DNA of 24,760 nt from Octopus sinensis (lineage: Eukaryota), in contig NW_021836334.1 in NCBI RefSeq assembly GCF_006345805.1, positions 1 to 24,760 on the forward strand. Reading direction: 5' to 3'. A program made the position numbers and the translations under genes. Shown here piece after piece: positions 1 through 10,142 of the stretch; within the stretch, counting starts at the first letter, position 1, and the number at the start of each line of letters is the position of its first letter. The notes under the pieces are model-generated. The model worked only from the letters and a program-made list of their open reading frames with translations, did not search any database and was not told where the DNA came from.

Positions 1-215
1 TATTATTATTGTTCTTGTTTGTTGTTATTATTATTATTATTATATCATTATTATATCATTATTATTGTTATTAACATTATTATTATATTATATTATTATT
101 ATCATTATTGTTATTGTGTTGTTATTATTATTATTATTGTTATTATTATTGTTATTATTGTTGTTATTATTGTTATTGTTGTTATTATTATTGTTGTTAT
201 TGTTGTTAGTATCGT
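1..215. repeat. Compound (ATT/GTT)n trinucleotide microsatellite
   Basis: Directly visible; explains ORFs 19-264 and 65-250. Confidence 0.97.
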
Positions 216-279
216 CATCCCATTTGCACTTTCTCCGCTTTCAGCCTTGACATTTTCAAACTGATTAAACCTTCAGAAC

Positions 280-428
280 AACAACAAACGCATAAACAAC
301 AACAACAACAACAGTATCAAGAGCAGCAGCGATGGCGCGGTGGTCGAGGTTGTGGTGGTGGTGGCCGTACCATCATCCTCATCATCGTCGACGTCGTCAT
401 CGTTGTCGTCGTCATCATCATCATCATT

Positions 429-470
<42 letters not shown>

Positions 471-1030
471 GTCGTCATCATCGTCATCCCCCTCCTCCTC
501 TCATCATCATCATCATCGTCATCATCATCGTCATCATCATCGTCATCATCATCGTCATCACCACCACCATCATCATGATTATCATCATCGTCGTCATCCT
601 CCTCCTCCTCCTCATCATCATCATCATCGTCATCATCCTCATCGTCATCACCATCGTCATCATCATCATCATCATTATCATAATCAACATCTTCCTCTTC
701 ACCATCATCGTCATCATCGTCATCATCATCATCATCATTGTTATTATAATCCTTTGTAGTAGTGGCAGTTGCAGTAGTCTGTCATGTGTGTATTGGGGCC
801 ATTGTTACGATATAAGAAATAATAATAATAATCATTGACCCCTAAGTGGGAATGCCTTCCAGTAACATTTTCTCACCGTCACCACTGATGGCACCAGCAG
901 CAGTATCCTCAATCATCATCATCAGCAGCAGCAGCAGCATTGGAAGTAGTGGTAGCGAGTAGTAGTAGTTTTAGTAGTGGCGGTGTCATTATAGGAAATT
1001 AATAGCAACTGCGGTAAAGTTATGAAGTGG
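280..1030. repeat. Compound trinucleotide low-complexity block: (AAC)n, (CAT/CGT/CCT/CAC)n, (AAT)n, (CAG)n, (TAG)n
   Basis: Directly visible; the poly-H/S/I/M ORFs at 332-838 are frame read-outs of these triplets. Confidence 0.95.
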
Positions 1031-1809
1031 TGGCGATAAGAAGCCATATTTTAAACCTAAAATAAGATTATAAATATTGCCTTTCCATATTGGCAGAAGG
1101 CCACGCATTCTTTACCGGGGTGGGTAGGACTGATTAGAGATTCTGTCTGGGAAAAGCACCAGCCCTTCCAACTAATGACATTCAAGAAAGTTATTGTATG
1201 AATAGCCAAAATGTTTTGCTTACATAACGTTTTCTAAATGTAAACAAACAATATGGGATTAATAATAGATTCTAAGAAGATCTGAATAACTGCACGTCTT
1301 CAAAGAAGAGGCCACCTCATGCAATTGTTTTGGCCCTTTTCTCTTTAGACCTCAGGGAGCTGGGCTACATCCAGGTCATGACCCCTAGATACTCCTGCTG
1401 TCACATTCTAGTCACATTTTGCTGTCATATTTTGTTGCAGTCTGCTTTGCAACCCTCCTGGGTAGTTAAGGCGCCCCAAAGTCAGAGTATTTTGGATCTC
1501 GTTACCAGTCGAAGATACCAATAGACATGAAGGCAAAAATGACTCAGGGAGGAGCCCTACGCCATTTGTTGCTTAAACTGTTTCTTTAATATCTTCAACG
1601 TCATCCTCGGAAGAAGGAAATCAAATTTTGTGAAGACATATTCTGGAATTACATTTTTACTGTTTTACTTTTACCACTGTCAGTAAAAACATAACCGTTC
1701 CATTGAAAATACAGCATTAAGTGTGTCTCCTTTAGTTCCACCGACTGTGACTTTATAATTATTTATTAAAGGCCTTTGAAGTCACTGTATCTCTGCTTTC
1801 TTAAACGTT

Positions 1810-2227
1810 TCTTTTATCTTTCACATATTTCAGACACTGGGCTGCAGCCATGCTGGTACACTGCCTTAAAGGGTTTAGTCGAAGAATTCGCCTCTGGTAT
1901 GTAAATTTCAAACCAGGTACTTATTGTCGTTTTCTTTTGTTTTTGTTTTTGTTTTTTACTGAAACGCTACGTTGCGGACGTAAACAAATCCACACCGGTT
2001 GTCAAGCAGTGTTGGATGAGAAACATAACGCAAAATCATACATGTATGTCTGTACATATATATATGTGTTTGTGCGTGTGTGTGTGTGTGTGTATACATA
2101 TATATGAATATAGTTATGGTATATTCTGTTAAGAACGAACGTTGCGCAGAGACAATTGTAGTGATTGAATATAAATGTCCAACCGTACTCCTCCTTGTTG
2201 ACTCCAACATTTTCAATTATATATATA

Positions 2228-2283
<56 letters not shown>

Positions 2284-2490
2284 TGTGTGTGCATGTGTGT
2301 GTGCAGGTATATGTATGTATGCACATATATATATATATATGTATGGCAGGCTTCTTTCAGTCTTCATCTACCAATGCACTCACAATTTTTTAGTCAGCCT
2401 GAGGCTGAAGTAAAAGGCACTTGCCTAAAGTTCTCCACAATAGAACTGAACCCGAAACCACATAATCGGAACGCATGCTTCTTAATCACA
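1810..2490 (-). mobile_element. SINE family A (tRNA-derived head, CORE-like box, internal microsatellite), near full length with expanded middle
   Basis: The reverse complement matches the copy at 16578-16965 in order: head (ctgtgtgattaagaagc...gggttcagttc), ttaggcaagtg, gtgagtgcattggtagatgaagactgaaagaagcc, microsatellite, ttgacaaccggtgtgg...tttacgtcc, aataagtacc, cgactaaaccc...ccagcatggctgcag. Confidence 0.85.
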
Positions 2491-3016
2491 CAGAAACGCG
2501 CCCATTTATGGAAATATATTCTTTTAATGTCCTTTCGTTCGAAATATGTTAATCGATGAGACGCCTGGAGTCGAGATACATCGATGTATACTTTCTTATT
2601 GTGGGTGTTGGGGTATCATTTTAAAAAATTACTGGGCTTGTAGGAAAGGACAGTACTCCTGGTTGGGATTGCACTAATGAATAAATAGAGAATTCCAGAG
2701 GGTTGACGTTTCGGGGAAATAAGGGATTACGAAATGTTGGGAGGAAGGAAGAAGGAAAGGAAAGAGAGCGGTAGGAGGGCTGAGCGCAGCAATTAGAGCA
2801 GGTCCGGTGTTGTTTGAATGCTTGAATAGTGATAAGAGGTGGAGATACGAGTGGGGCCAGGAGTCTCTGCATGGAAGTGATACATGTAAGATCAGCAACG
2901 ACGAACAAAGACCATGAAAAAAAAGAAAAGAAAAATGGAAGAAAGGATCAGAGATCATTGACGTGACATAGGTTCATAAGGCCGCTTTTCTTGATAGTGT
3001 AGCTTATATATTTCGA

Positions 3017-3154
3017 CCTGGGCAGGACTTCGGTCCATCGCAAGATTACTCATTTTTGCCACTTGAGCAGGCTGGAGCAACGTGAAATCTATTGCCTGGT
3101 CCAGGAATCGAAACGACGATCAAGAGTGCAACACCTTAAACACGTAGCGACGCC
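3017..3154 (-). mobile_element. SINE family C fragment (tRNA-like head plus ttcacgttgctccag...aaaaatgagt box)
   Basis: The reverse complement gives ggcgtcgctacgtgtttaaggtgttgcactc...gtttcgattcc...ttcacgttgctccagcctgctcaagtggcaaaaatgagt, similar to copies at 19053, 19699 and 21877. Confidence 0.7.
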
Positions 3155-3473
3155 AGAAGCTATTATAGTACAGATAAAAAAAATGAAAGAAAATGAGACA
3201 GCATATCTGTGGGCCAGGGGCTGAAGTGTGTTTGTAAATAATTTTATGTGAATCAGTCGGTCGACTCATTTTCTGGGTGTGATTTAGGGTATCGGAATAT
3301 AAAGCAACCGACTTGTGAGCAATAATTGCTTTTGTTTGAATGCAAAGCAAGATGGAGAAAATAGTACTCAAATACAAAAGATAGAGTCAAATACTATTTG
3401 ATTGTGTAGAAAAATCTACAGAAACGGTTTCTTAGAGTATGACATAAATGTTCATCAGTCAGTTGTGATACTT

Positions 3474-3515
3474 AACTGTCTGATGAACCGATACGTGAAA
3501 CCCTGGGTAACAGTT
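3474..3515 (+). ncRNA. Minimal type I hammerhead ribozyme motif (Penelope-like/retrozyme type)
   Basis: AACTGT-CTGATGA-ACCGATACGT-GAA-ACC-CTG-GGT-A-ACAGTT. Stem I is 3474-3479/3510-3515, the CUGAUGA (3480-3486) and GAAA (3497-3500) cores are canonical, stem II is short, stem III is ACC/GGT, and the GUA triplet predicts cleavage after 3509. Confidence 0.8.
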
Positions 3516-3559
3516 TAGGGAAGGGATTTTTCAGCGTCAATAAAGTGTTGTACATATTC

Positions 3560-3569
3560 GTGTGTGTAT

Positions 3570-3602
<33 letters not shown>

Positions 3603-3618
3603 GTGTGTGTGTGTGTAA
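3560..3618. repeat. (TG)n microsatellite
   Basis: Directly visible. Confidence 0.97.
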
Positions 3619-3713
3619 GTGCGCTGCGGAATCGAATATTCTCTTTGCTTTCTTATAAGGAAGCTATGTCTCTTCATTTATTTCACTTAAACATTAAAGA
3701 AGCTTTTAAGGAC

Positions 3714-3766
3714 TTCTGAGTGGATTTGGTAGACGGAAACTGAAAGAAGACCGTCGTAATATATAT

Positions 3767-3810
<44 letters not shown>

Positions 3811-4010
3811 GTGGTGTGTGTGTGTGTGTGTGTTTGTCCCCCCACCAGCGCATAGCAACTGATGTTGGTTTGTTTACATCTCCGTAACTTAGCGGTTCGG
3901 CAAAAGAGATCAACAGTATAAGTACTAGGCTTGCAAAGAATAAGTCCAGGGGTCGATTTGTTCGACTGAAGGTGGTGCTCCAGCATGGCCATAGTACCAT
4001 GACTAAGGCA
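3714..4010 (+). mobile_element. SINE family A, 5'-truncated
   Basis: gagtggatttggtagacggaaactgaaagaag, internal (AC)/(AT)/(TG) repeat, ccgtaacttagcggttcggcaaaagag, ggggtcgatttgttcgact...gtgctccagcatggcc; collinear with 16578-16965. Confidence 0.92.
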
Positions 4011-4445
4011 AATATATATATATATATCCACCCGTTTATAAATACTTGATTTCCTAGCGAAATACATCAACCAGTGACGCTGTAACTCTGAATGAATACC
4101 GTGGAGAAAAAAGAAATAACTACGCATGATTTTATTCCTAAGAAAGTGAAGACGTCTTTGAAGATTAGCTAAGTAGATGCATATATATGTATATTTATAT
4201 AAGTAAACAAACAACTATATGCGTAGCTAGTGAATAGACGGTGCACTGACTGGTCTGACCTTGTATACAGATAAAAAAAAAATGTCAGACCAAAGGGAAA
4301 AAAATGGCACCCAAACAAACATTAATTGCCGCGTCTATGATTAGAAGTGCTAAATTCAACGTGAATTAGCAACAAGCCAGCAGCCGCCATTACTACTAGG
4401 TGTATCATTGGACCAAATCCCAGCCAAAAATGGGCAAAGATATGT

Positions 4446-4566
<121 letters not shown>

Positions 4567-4579
4567 CACTCTTATCCAG

Positions 4580-4613
4580 TTGCTGTCTATGTTGTTCCTA
4601 TTTCTATACGTAG
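4580..4613 (+). CDS. Candidate 34-nt exon, product unknown; may be non-coding or chance
   Basis: Acceptor ctcttatccag| and strong donor TAG|gtaagg; a plausible next acceptor (ttcccctactcttatag|) lies at 4783 after a 170-nt intron. No recognisable protein. Confidence 0.2.
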
Positions 4614-5282
4614 GTAAGGCGCTTCTGTTTGACGTATTCGAATGCCTCATGCCTACATCAGTGAAATACACAAATATCTTGATAGTAGATGGACGGTAAC
4701 ACCTCTATCCATCTCATTCTTTTTGTAAACACGCTTCCTTGATGTTAGTTTTATTTACGTCTACATTTCCCCTACTCTTATAGGCACGTCCCTTCGCTCA
4801 CTTATGATGCTCTGCGGAGTTCTATAATTACCAAACCGTTCTTGCTCCATCTGAAGCTGTATTCCTTATTCGCAGTATTTATGCGCGTCATACCACTTAT
4901 TTCGAAGACGTAGAAATTTGAAAAATCGCCCCCAAAAAACAAAAAAACAAAACAAAACAAAATAAAAACAGGGAACCACACACACATATATAAACACAAA
5001 GATACAAACTCACACATATATGCCTAAATAAACTACTGACAATAATATATATACGCTCCTTTCAAATAAAAAAAAAATCCAGAAATTCTACCGTAACGAG
5101 TCTTAAAGTACCTCGTTCTGCCTCCACACACTTCCCGCAACCAGTCAGCCTCCTTATCTCTTTATCTATAATATATGCTTCGAACAATATCATCAATCTT
5201 AAGTACAAACTAATCACAATACGACAACCTTCCATTTAAGCAGCCCATCAATTGTACGTGTAATATAGGTCATAATACTTAC

Positions 5283-5348
5283 ACATCAATTCTTTTCTTT
5301 GATTTCAATAAATTCAGAACACCCACAGTTATTTTCTTATCACCAGAA
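5283..5348 (-). CDS. Candidate 66-nt phase 2-2 exon (xSGDKKITVGVLNLLKSKKRIDV), product unknown
   Basis: Minus strand: acceptor tcggtttgcag|, consensus donor |gtaagt, length divisible by 3, only one open frame. No homology recognised. Confidence 0.3.
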
Positions 5349-5372
5349 CTGCAAACCGAATAATGCATATTG

Positions 5373-5393
5373 ATATATAAATACATACATACA

Positions 5394-5429
<36 letters not shown>

Positions 5430-5496
5430 TACACACACCCACACAGATATATATATATACACACACACAGATATATATATATATACACACACACAC

Positions 5497-5539
<43 letters not shown>

Positions 5540-5787
5540 ATATATACATACATGCATATATATATATATTATATATATATACATATATATATATAATTAT
5601 ATTGCATAATATATATATATATATATTTCTTTATTAATATATATATATTAATATATATATATAGATAGATGCATATACACGTACATGTTTATATATATAT
5701 ATTTATATATATATATATACTCATGTATATATACATGAGTATATATGTTTATATATCTATATACAGATACGTATGTATATATATATA

Positions 5788-5857
<70 letters not shown>

Positions 5858-6000
5858 ATATATATGAATATATGTGTATATACAAATATATAAATGCACA
5901 TACACACACACTCACATATATATATTATGTATATTTATATACGCATACATTATATATATATATCTATATATATAAGTGTATACAAACATACATATATATA
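5373..6000. repeat. Compound (ATAC)n/(AT)n/(AC)n microsatellite field
   Basis: Directly visible; source of the YIYI/CVCV ORFs. Confidence 0.97.
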
Positions 6001-6329
6001 TACGAACCAAATGTACTTTTAGAGAGAACTATGAGTTTACCATTAAATTGGTTTGCATACTTTTCCATCTTCGTTTGTTTAGCGAAACATGCTTAGAATA
6101 TTATACCCTAATTACGTTCATGATGGCATACCTCCGTCGACATAGAAACACACCCACCCTCCCCACTAAATAAAGAGCCCCGTTCGATCCTTATTGGCCA
6201 TTAATATCGTATCATTACTATGTTCATGGTTAAAGAAAATACACGCAGTGGCGATATTACGACAAGCCGTACTTATTATGATACACAAAATGATATACTC
6301 ATTATATTACACTTATGTGATTTAAATGT

Positions 6330-6720
6330 GTGTGGATGTGGGGTTTTTTTTTTTGTGTGTGTGTGTATTGTGTGTGTGTGTGTGTGTTTTGTGTATGTGT
6401 GTGTGTGTGTGGTGTGTGTGTGTGCATGTGTGTTTGCATTTGTCGTAGTTCTTTACGCTCCGTGTTCAAATACCATCGTGGCCTATATGGTTGATAATAT
6501 GTTTATATATGTGTTTGTGTGAGTGTGTGTGTGTGTGTGTGTGTCTGTGCGTGTGCATATTATATGTATGTATGTATGTATGTAAATGTGTGCAAGTATG
6601 TGTGTTTATATAATTTTATATACAAAAAGTATTCGTGTGCATATATATATATATATGCATATATATGCATATATATGTATACATATATGCATGTATTATT
6701 TAGATATGTATGCATTCGTA
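6330..6720. repeat. Compound (TG)n/(TATG)n/(AT)n microsatellite field
   Basis: Directly visible. Confidence 0.93.
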
Positions 6721-6848
6721 CACCCACATATTTGAGTGCCAAACACTCTTTTCTTTAGCATATAATTGTCTCAGCATTCCGCTGTCAGGTGTACTTTTAA
6801 CGTGATTCTCATGAAAGTGAAATCGATAGAATATAATCCTTTCTGCTG

Positions 6849-6978
6849 AAGGCACAAGGCCTGACATTTATGGGGATGGAACTAGTTGATTACATCGACA
6901 CCAGTGTTTCACTGGTACTTAATTTATCGACCCCGAAAGGATGAAAGGCAAAGCCGACCTCGGCGGAATTTGAAATCA
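6849..6978 (-). mobile_element. SINE family B, 3' two-thirds
   Basis: Reverse complement: aaattccgccgaggtcggctttgcctttcatcctttcggggtcgataaattaagtaccagtg...ggccttgtgcc. Confidence 0.9.
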
Positions 6979-7064
6979 ATATGACATAATGCGAAAAGAC
7001 TGCACCTAGAAATTACGGGTGAAACATCCATCGGACTTCCGTAGAGGTTTGGATTAATATGACG

Positions 7065-7150
7065 CTATGCCTCAGATTCTACATCACGGGATGGAACCCG
7101 GGACTTCGTGATTGCCAAGCGCCTTCGTATACCTTCATCCACACCTACAT
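7065..7150 (-). mobile_element. Degenerate SINE family A head
   Basis: The reverse complement gtaggtgtggatgaaggta...cccgggttccatccc resembles the A/B-box head of family A; strongly diverged. Confidence 0.45.
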
Positions 7151-7247
7151 CGTCCTTAATCTGGGAGTAAAGCCTTGCTAATCAACCGGCTGATCCTTCC
7201 TTCCCTCTTTTGTTTTTTGTTTCATGTATTTCGGAATCTTTAATCAG

Positions 7248-7373
7248 GTATTGGAAGCGGCGATGAAAAAATGTGAGCAGAACTCTAGTGCAGAATGCAG
7301 TTGTGCCTCTTGTACAATCAGCAGCAAGACTAAGTTAATCCGAAAAGATAATCTGGCATTTGAACTGCAGTGA
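7248..7373 (+). CDS. Candidate terminal coding exon (VLEAAMKKCEQNSSAECSCASCTISSKTKLIRKDNLAFELQ*), gene unknown
   Basis: A long pyrimidine tract and tttaatcag| precede 41 non-repetitive codons ending in TGA at 7371-7373. The CAG|GTATTG junction could also be a donor, and no homologue is recognised. Confidence 0.33.
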   Translation, partial: VLEAAMKKCEQNSSAECSCASCTISSKTKLIRKDNLAFELQ

Positions 7374-7659
7374 CGGCTACGTTATAGATATGCAATCACC
7401 ATTAGAAATTCTAAGACGTTTCACAACTGTTTTTTTATGTCCTGTATCCATATATGCATGTATATATACACACATATGTATGTATATATGCATATATTTA
7501 TATTATATCATATAATATATATATATATATATAATATATATATAATATATAAAGTTAATCCAAACAAGAAAGCACAAAAAACACAACAACGCGAGGGTGT
7601 GGAACAAATGTAGTATTATTGGACGCTGAGGAAAGAAGGAAAGAAGGAGGGTTTAACGT

Positions 7660-7775
7660 GTCGGGCGGAGCTCTTCGTCGGAAACATAGGAGAAGGAAAG
7701 ATCCAGAGAAGGGAAGACAGAGGATAAAAATAGCCAACGAGGTCTCGGAATGGTCATTTTGCCAATTTAGCCAAT
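7660..7775. promoter_or_regulatory. Possible promoter-like patch (GC box plus two CCAAT boxes)
   Basis: GGGCGGAG at 7663-7670 and CCAAT at 7762-7766 and 7771-7775, with several CpGs in otherwise CpG-poor DNA. Motif evidence only. Confidence 0.2.
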
Positions 7776-8179
7776 AAAAAACACACGCACTATATATTTG
7801 GTGTTATTTTGCTTCAGTGTTATTTATTTTTTACATTAATCTTAATCTTATTTCGGCCAGAGATCTTTCGTCACACTCCTGTGACCGCTTCAGTGGTCCT
7901 TTGTTTTCTTCTCTCTTATTTGTGTCTCTCCTTACTAACCGTCAGCCATTTTGTATTTCTATTGTATGTCTTCATTTGCGCATGCACATATCTCTATGTG
8001 CGTCTATGTTTATTTAGTGTATGTGTGTGTGGGGGGGATGCCTGAAATATTTGTATCTTCTGTTTATATACGTTCATGTAATTTGTTTTTGTTGTTGCTG
8101 TTTTTGTTTATTCTTATTTTGTTCAACACACAACACAATTCCCACAAAACAGATCTTGCACATACATAAAATCTTACAA

Positions 8180-8195
8180 CGTATATATAAACGTA

Positions 8196-8294
<99 letters not shown>

Positions 8295-8345
8295 TGTATG
8301 CATGTGTGTATGTATCTATGCTGTGTATAAATATATGCACACACA
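8180..8345. repeat. (AT)n plus (ATGT)n microsatellite
   Basis: Directly visible. Confidence 0.96.
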
Positions 8346-8444
8346 CGACAAACGCACGCGCGCTTGTATATAGCTTTGACAACGTTTCCTGCTTTTTATC
8401 TTTATTTCCCGTCCTTACAACTTGACTATTCAGCAAAATTAAAC

Positions 8445-8530
8445 GGCGGTCGATTTTTTTCGACAAAGGCTCTCAAGATGGTGCCCCAGCATAACTACAC
8501 TTCAATGAGTGAGATAAACGAAAGATAAAA
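8445..8530 (+). mobile_element. SINE family A 3' tail fragment
   Basis: ggtcgattttttcgacaaagg...ggtgccccagcat...aaagataaaa matches the family A tail. Confidence 0.65.
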
Positions 8531-9106
8531 GGTAAACAATAGTAGTCGTGTCAGTCTGTAATGAGTTTAGATATTTTCACACTCGGTAACTCTTTGCACG
8601 AGAGATGTTACGTTCAGAATGTGATCGGAAAGTGTTTGCGAGAATTAGAAGCAAAACTGTTGCTGTATGTCGTAGCTTGATCAGTGTGTGTAGAGTGTAC
8701 GTGAGTTAGTGTGCTTTGGTGCGTTTATAAATTTATAAATGTAAATATTTCTATGTATGTGAATGTGTGTGTGTGTGAGTGTAGTTGCGTATGTGTGTAA
8801 GCATTTGCTTAGGTGTGCAAGAGGATTATGGATATATGTATGTGGCACTGAACAGAGCTGATTGGCGGACTTGCTACAAAAAGATTTCGGCCATTATCCA
8901 ACAGATGTACTCTTGATTTCCCGCCAAATTCACTCATCTTTCAAACTATAAGATTTCTAATCCCTACTCATTTGTGAATATATACATACATGCAGACATA
9001 CATGCAGACACACACACACAGACACACATACACACTCTCACAGACACACACACACATACACACTCACACACACACACAGACACACACACACATATATATA
9101 TATTAT

Positions 9107-9672
9107 ATGGTAGTTGTCTACACCTTATACAGAGTTTGACCACCTCCTGTACCTACACCTTAGCACCATCAAGGCATATGATGTGGCTTTTTAAGCCAAT
9201 GTTCTGAAAAGACACCCACATATATGGCACCTCCAATTTGGACCACCAAGAGCTGCAGTTAAGTTCTGCTCTTTGTGGATCTTAAAATGTCTTTTGAGGC
9301 CTCCATTGGATTTGCAAACCTTCTGGCATACACTGCATTCAAAAGTGTGCACAAACCTATAGGCAGAATAGTTGGTGGAGGTTCGTTTTCCATGTGCTCG
9401 CAGATGAGATCTGAGGCCAGCAGAACAACAGGCGTTGTCTGTCTCAGACTGTGCGCACAAAAATGTCATTGTCATTCACCTACCCGATCGTTACATTCTT
9501 CTTTAGATCTTTTTTGAGTCTTACTTACATTTTAATAGTGTCTTCAAATGCTTTCACTCCACTCCACACTTTTGTTTGCCATCCTTCAATCTGAAGCAAG
9601 GGTTTCTATATCTTCTGGAACCATTCCAAGTGACTTCATAGTAGTCCTTATGCCGTCCTTAAACCTATGTTT
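9107..9672 (-). mobile_element. Decayed 3' end of an RTE-clade LINE with C-terminal C2H2 zinc fingers (5'-truncated)
   Basis: The minus-strand translation across frameshifts gives [28 protein letters not shown] / GWQTKVWSGVKAFE, resembling the RTE post-RT motif K.RFKD.lK..lK......WE.LA.DR..WR..V..G...FE. It is followed by FLCAQS...AGLRSHLRAH, FECSVCQKVCKSNGGLKRHFKIH (intact C2H2, 9275-9337) and WRCHICGCLFRTLA/LKSH, then a microsatellite tail. Confidence 0.88.
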
Positions 9673-9830
9673 GTATGTATGTATGTATATATGTATATGT
9701 ATATATATATCTATGCATATATATATATGTGTATATATATATATATATGCATATGTATATATGTGTGTATATATATATATATAATATACACACATGTATA
9801 TGTATTTATGTACGTATGTATATACGTATT
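9673..9830. repeat. (TATG)n/(AT)n microsatellite
   Basis: Directly visible; abuts the truncated 5' end of the RTE fragment. Confidence 0.95.
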
Positions 9831-10034
9831 ACATGAAAAAGCACACACACATATTATCATAACACGTGGATTTTTACTACATTAGATTACGTTACACACT
9901 ACCTGTTCACATAAACAAACGCAGTCGTATAGACTCACTTAGAGAACACGTACTAACGTAACTTCGCAAAGTAAACAATTCCATAAGGAAATTATTTCAA
10001 CTCAGCAGCCATTTATAGCTGCCTTATTTACAGG

Positions 10035-10039
<5 letters not shown>

Positions 10040-10114
<75 letters not shown>

Positions 10115-10122
10115 ACACACAT
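10040..10122. repeat. (AC)n microsatellite
   Basis: Directly visible. Confidence 0.97.
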
Positions 10123-10142
10123 TATAAAACCCTGAAGTAATG

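Noticed and set aside
19-838. Long ORFs on both strands (poly-L/I/H/S/M)
   Set aside because: Direct read-through of trinucleotide microsatellites. The same applies to the [12 protein letters not shown] ORFs throughout the window.
1075-1800. Non-repetitive stretch tested as a LINE or exon remnant
   Set aside because: By-eye translations of both strands gave frequent stops and no recognisable motif; left unannotated.
2551-2592. Hammerhead-like pattern CGATGA-GAC...GTC-GAGA followed by the 14-bp palindrome ATACATCGATGTAT (2576-2589)
   Set aside because: Both core halves deviate from consensus and there is no stem I; most likely coincidence.
3415-3465. Second complete hammerhead on the minus strand
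   Set aside because: CTGATGA is present, but 10 extra nt separate the ACAT/ATGT hairpin from GAAAC and stems I and III do not close. Kept only as part of the inverted-repeat finding.
4800-4915. C-type-lectin-like WYDAHKYCE (minus strand) and a possible Sec UGA (plus strand, HL*CSAEF)
   Set aside because: The lectin-like frame stops immediately and lacks downstream CTLD motifs. The UGA context matches no selenoprotein motif I know, and no SECIS is evident.
7560-7775. Basic, coding-looking frame (LRRKHRRRKDPEKGRQRIK)
   Set aside because: No start codon or good splice sites; explained by purine-rich composition.
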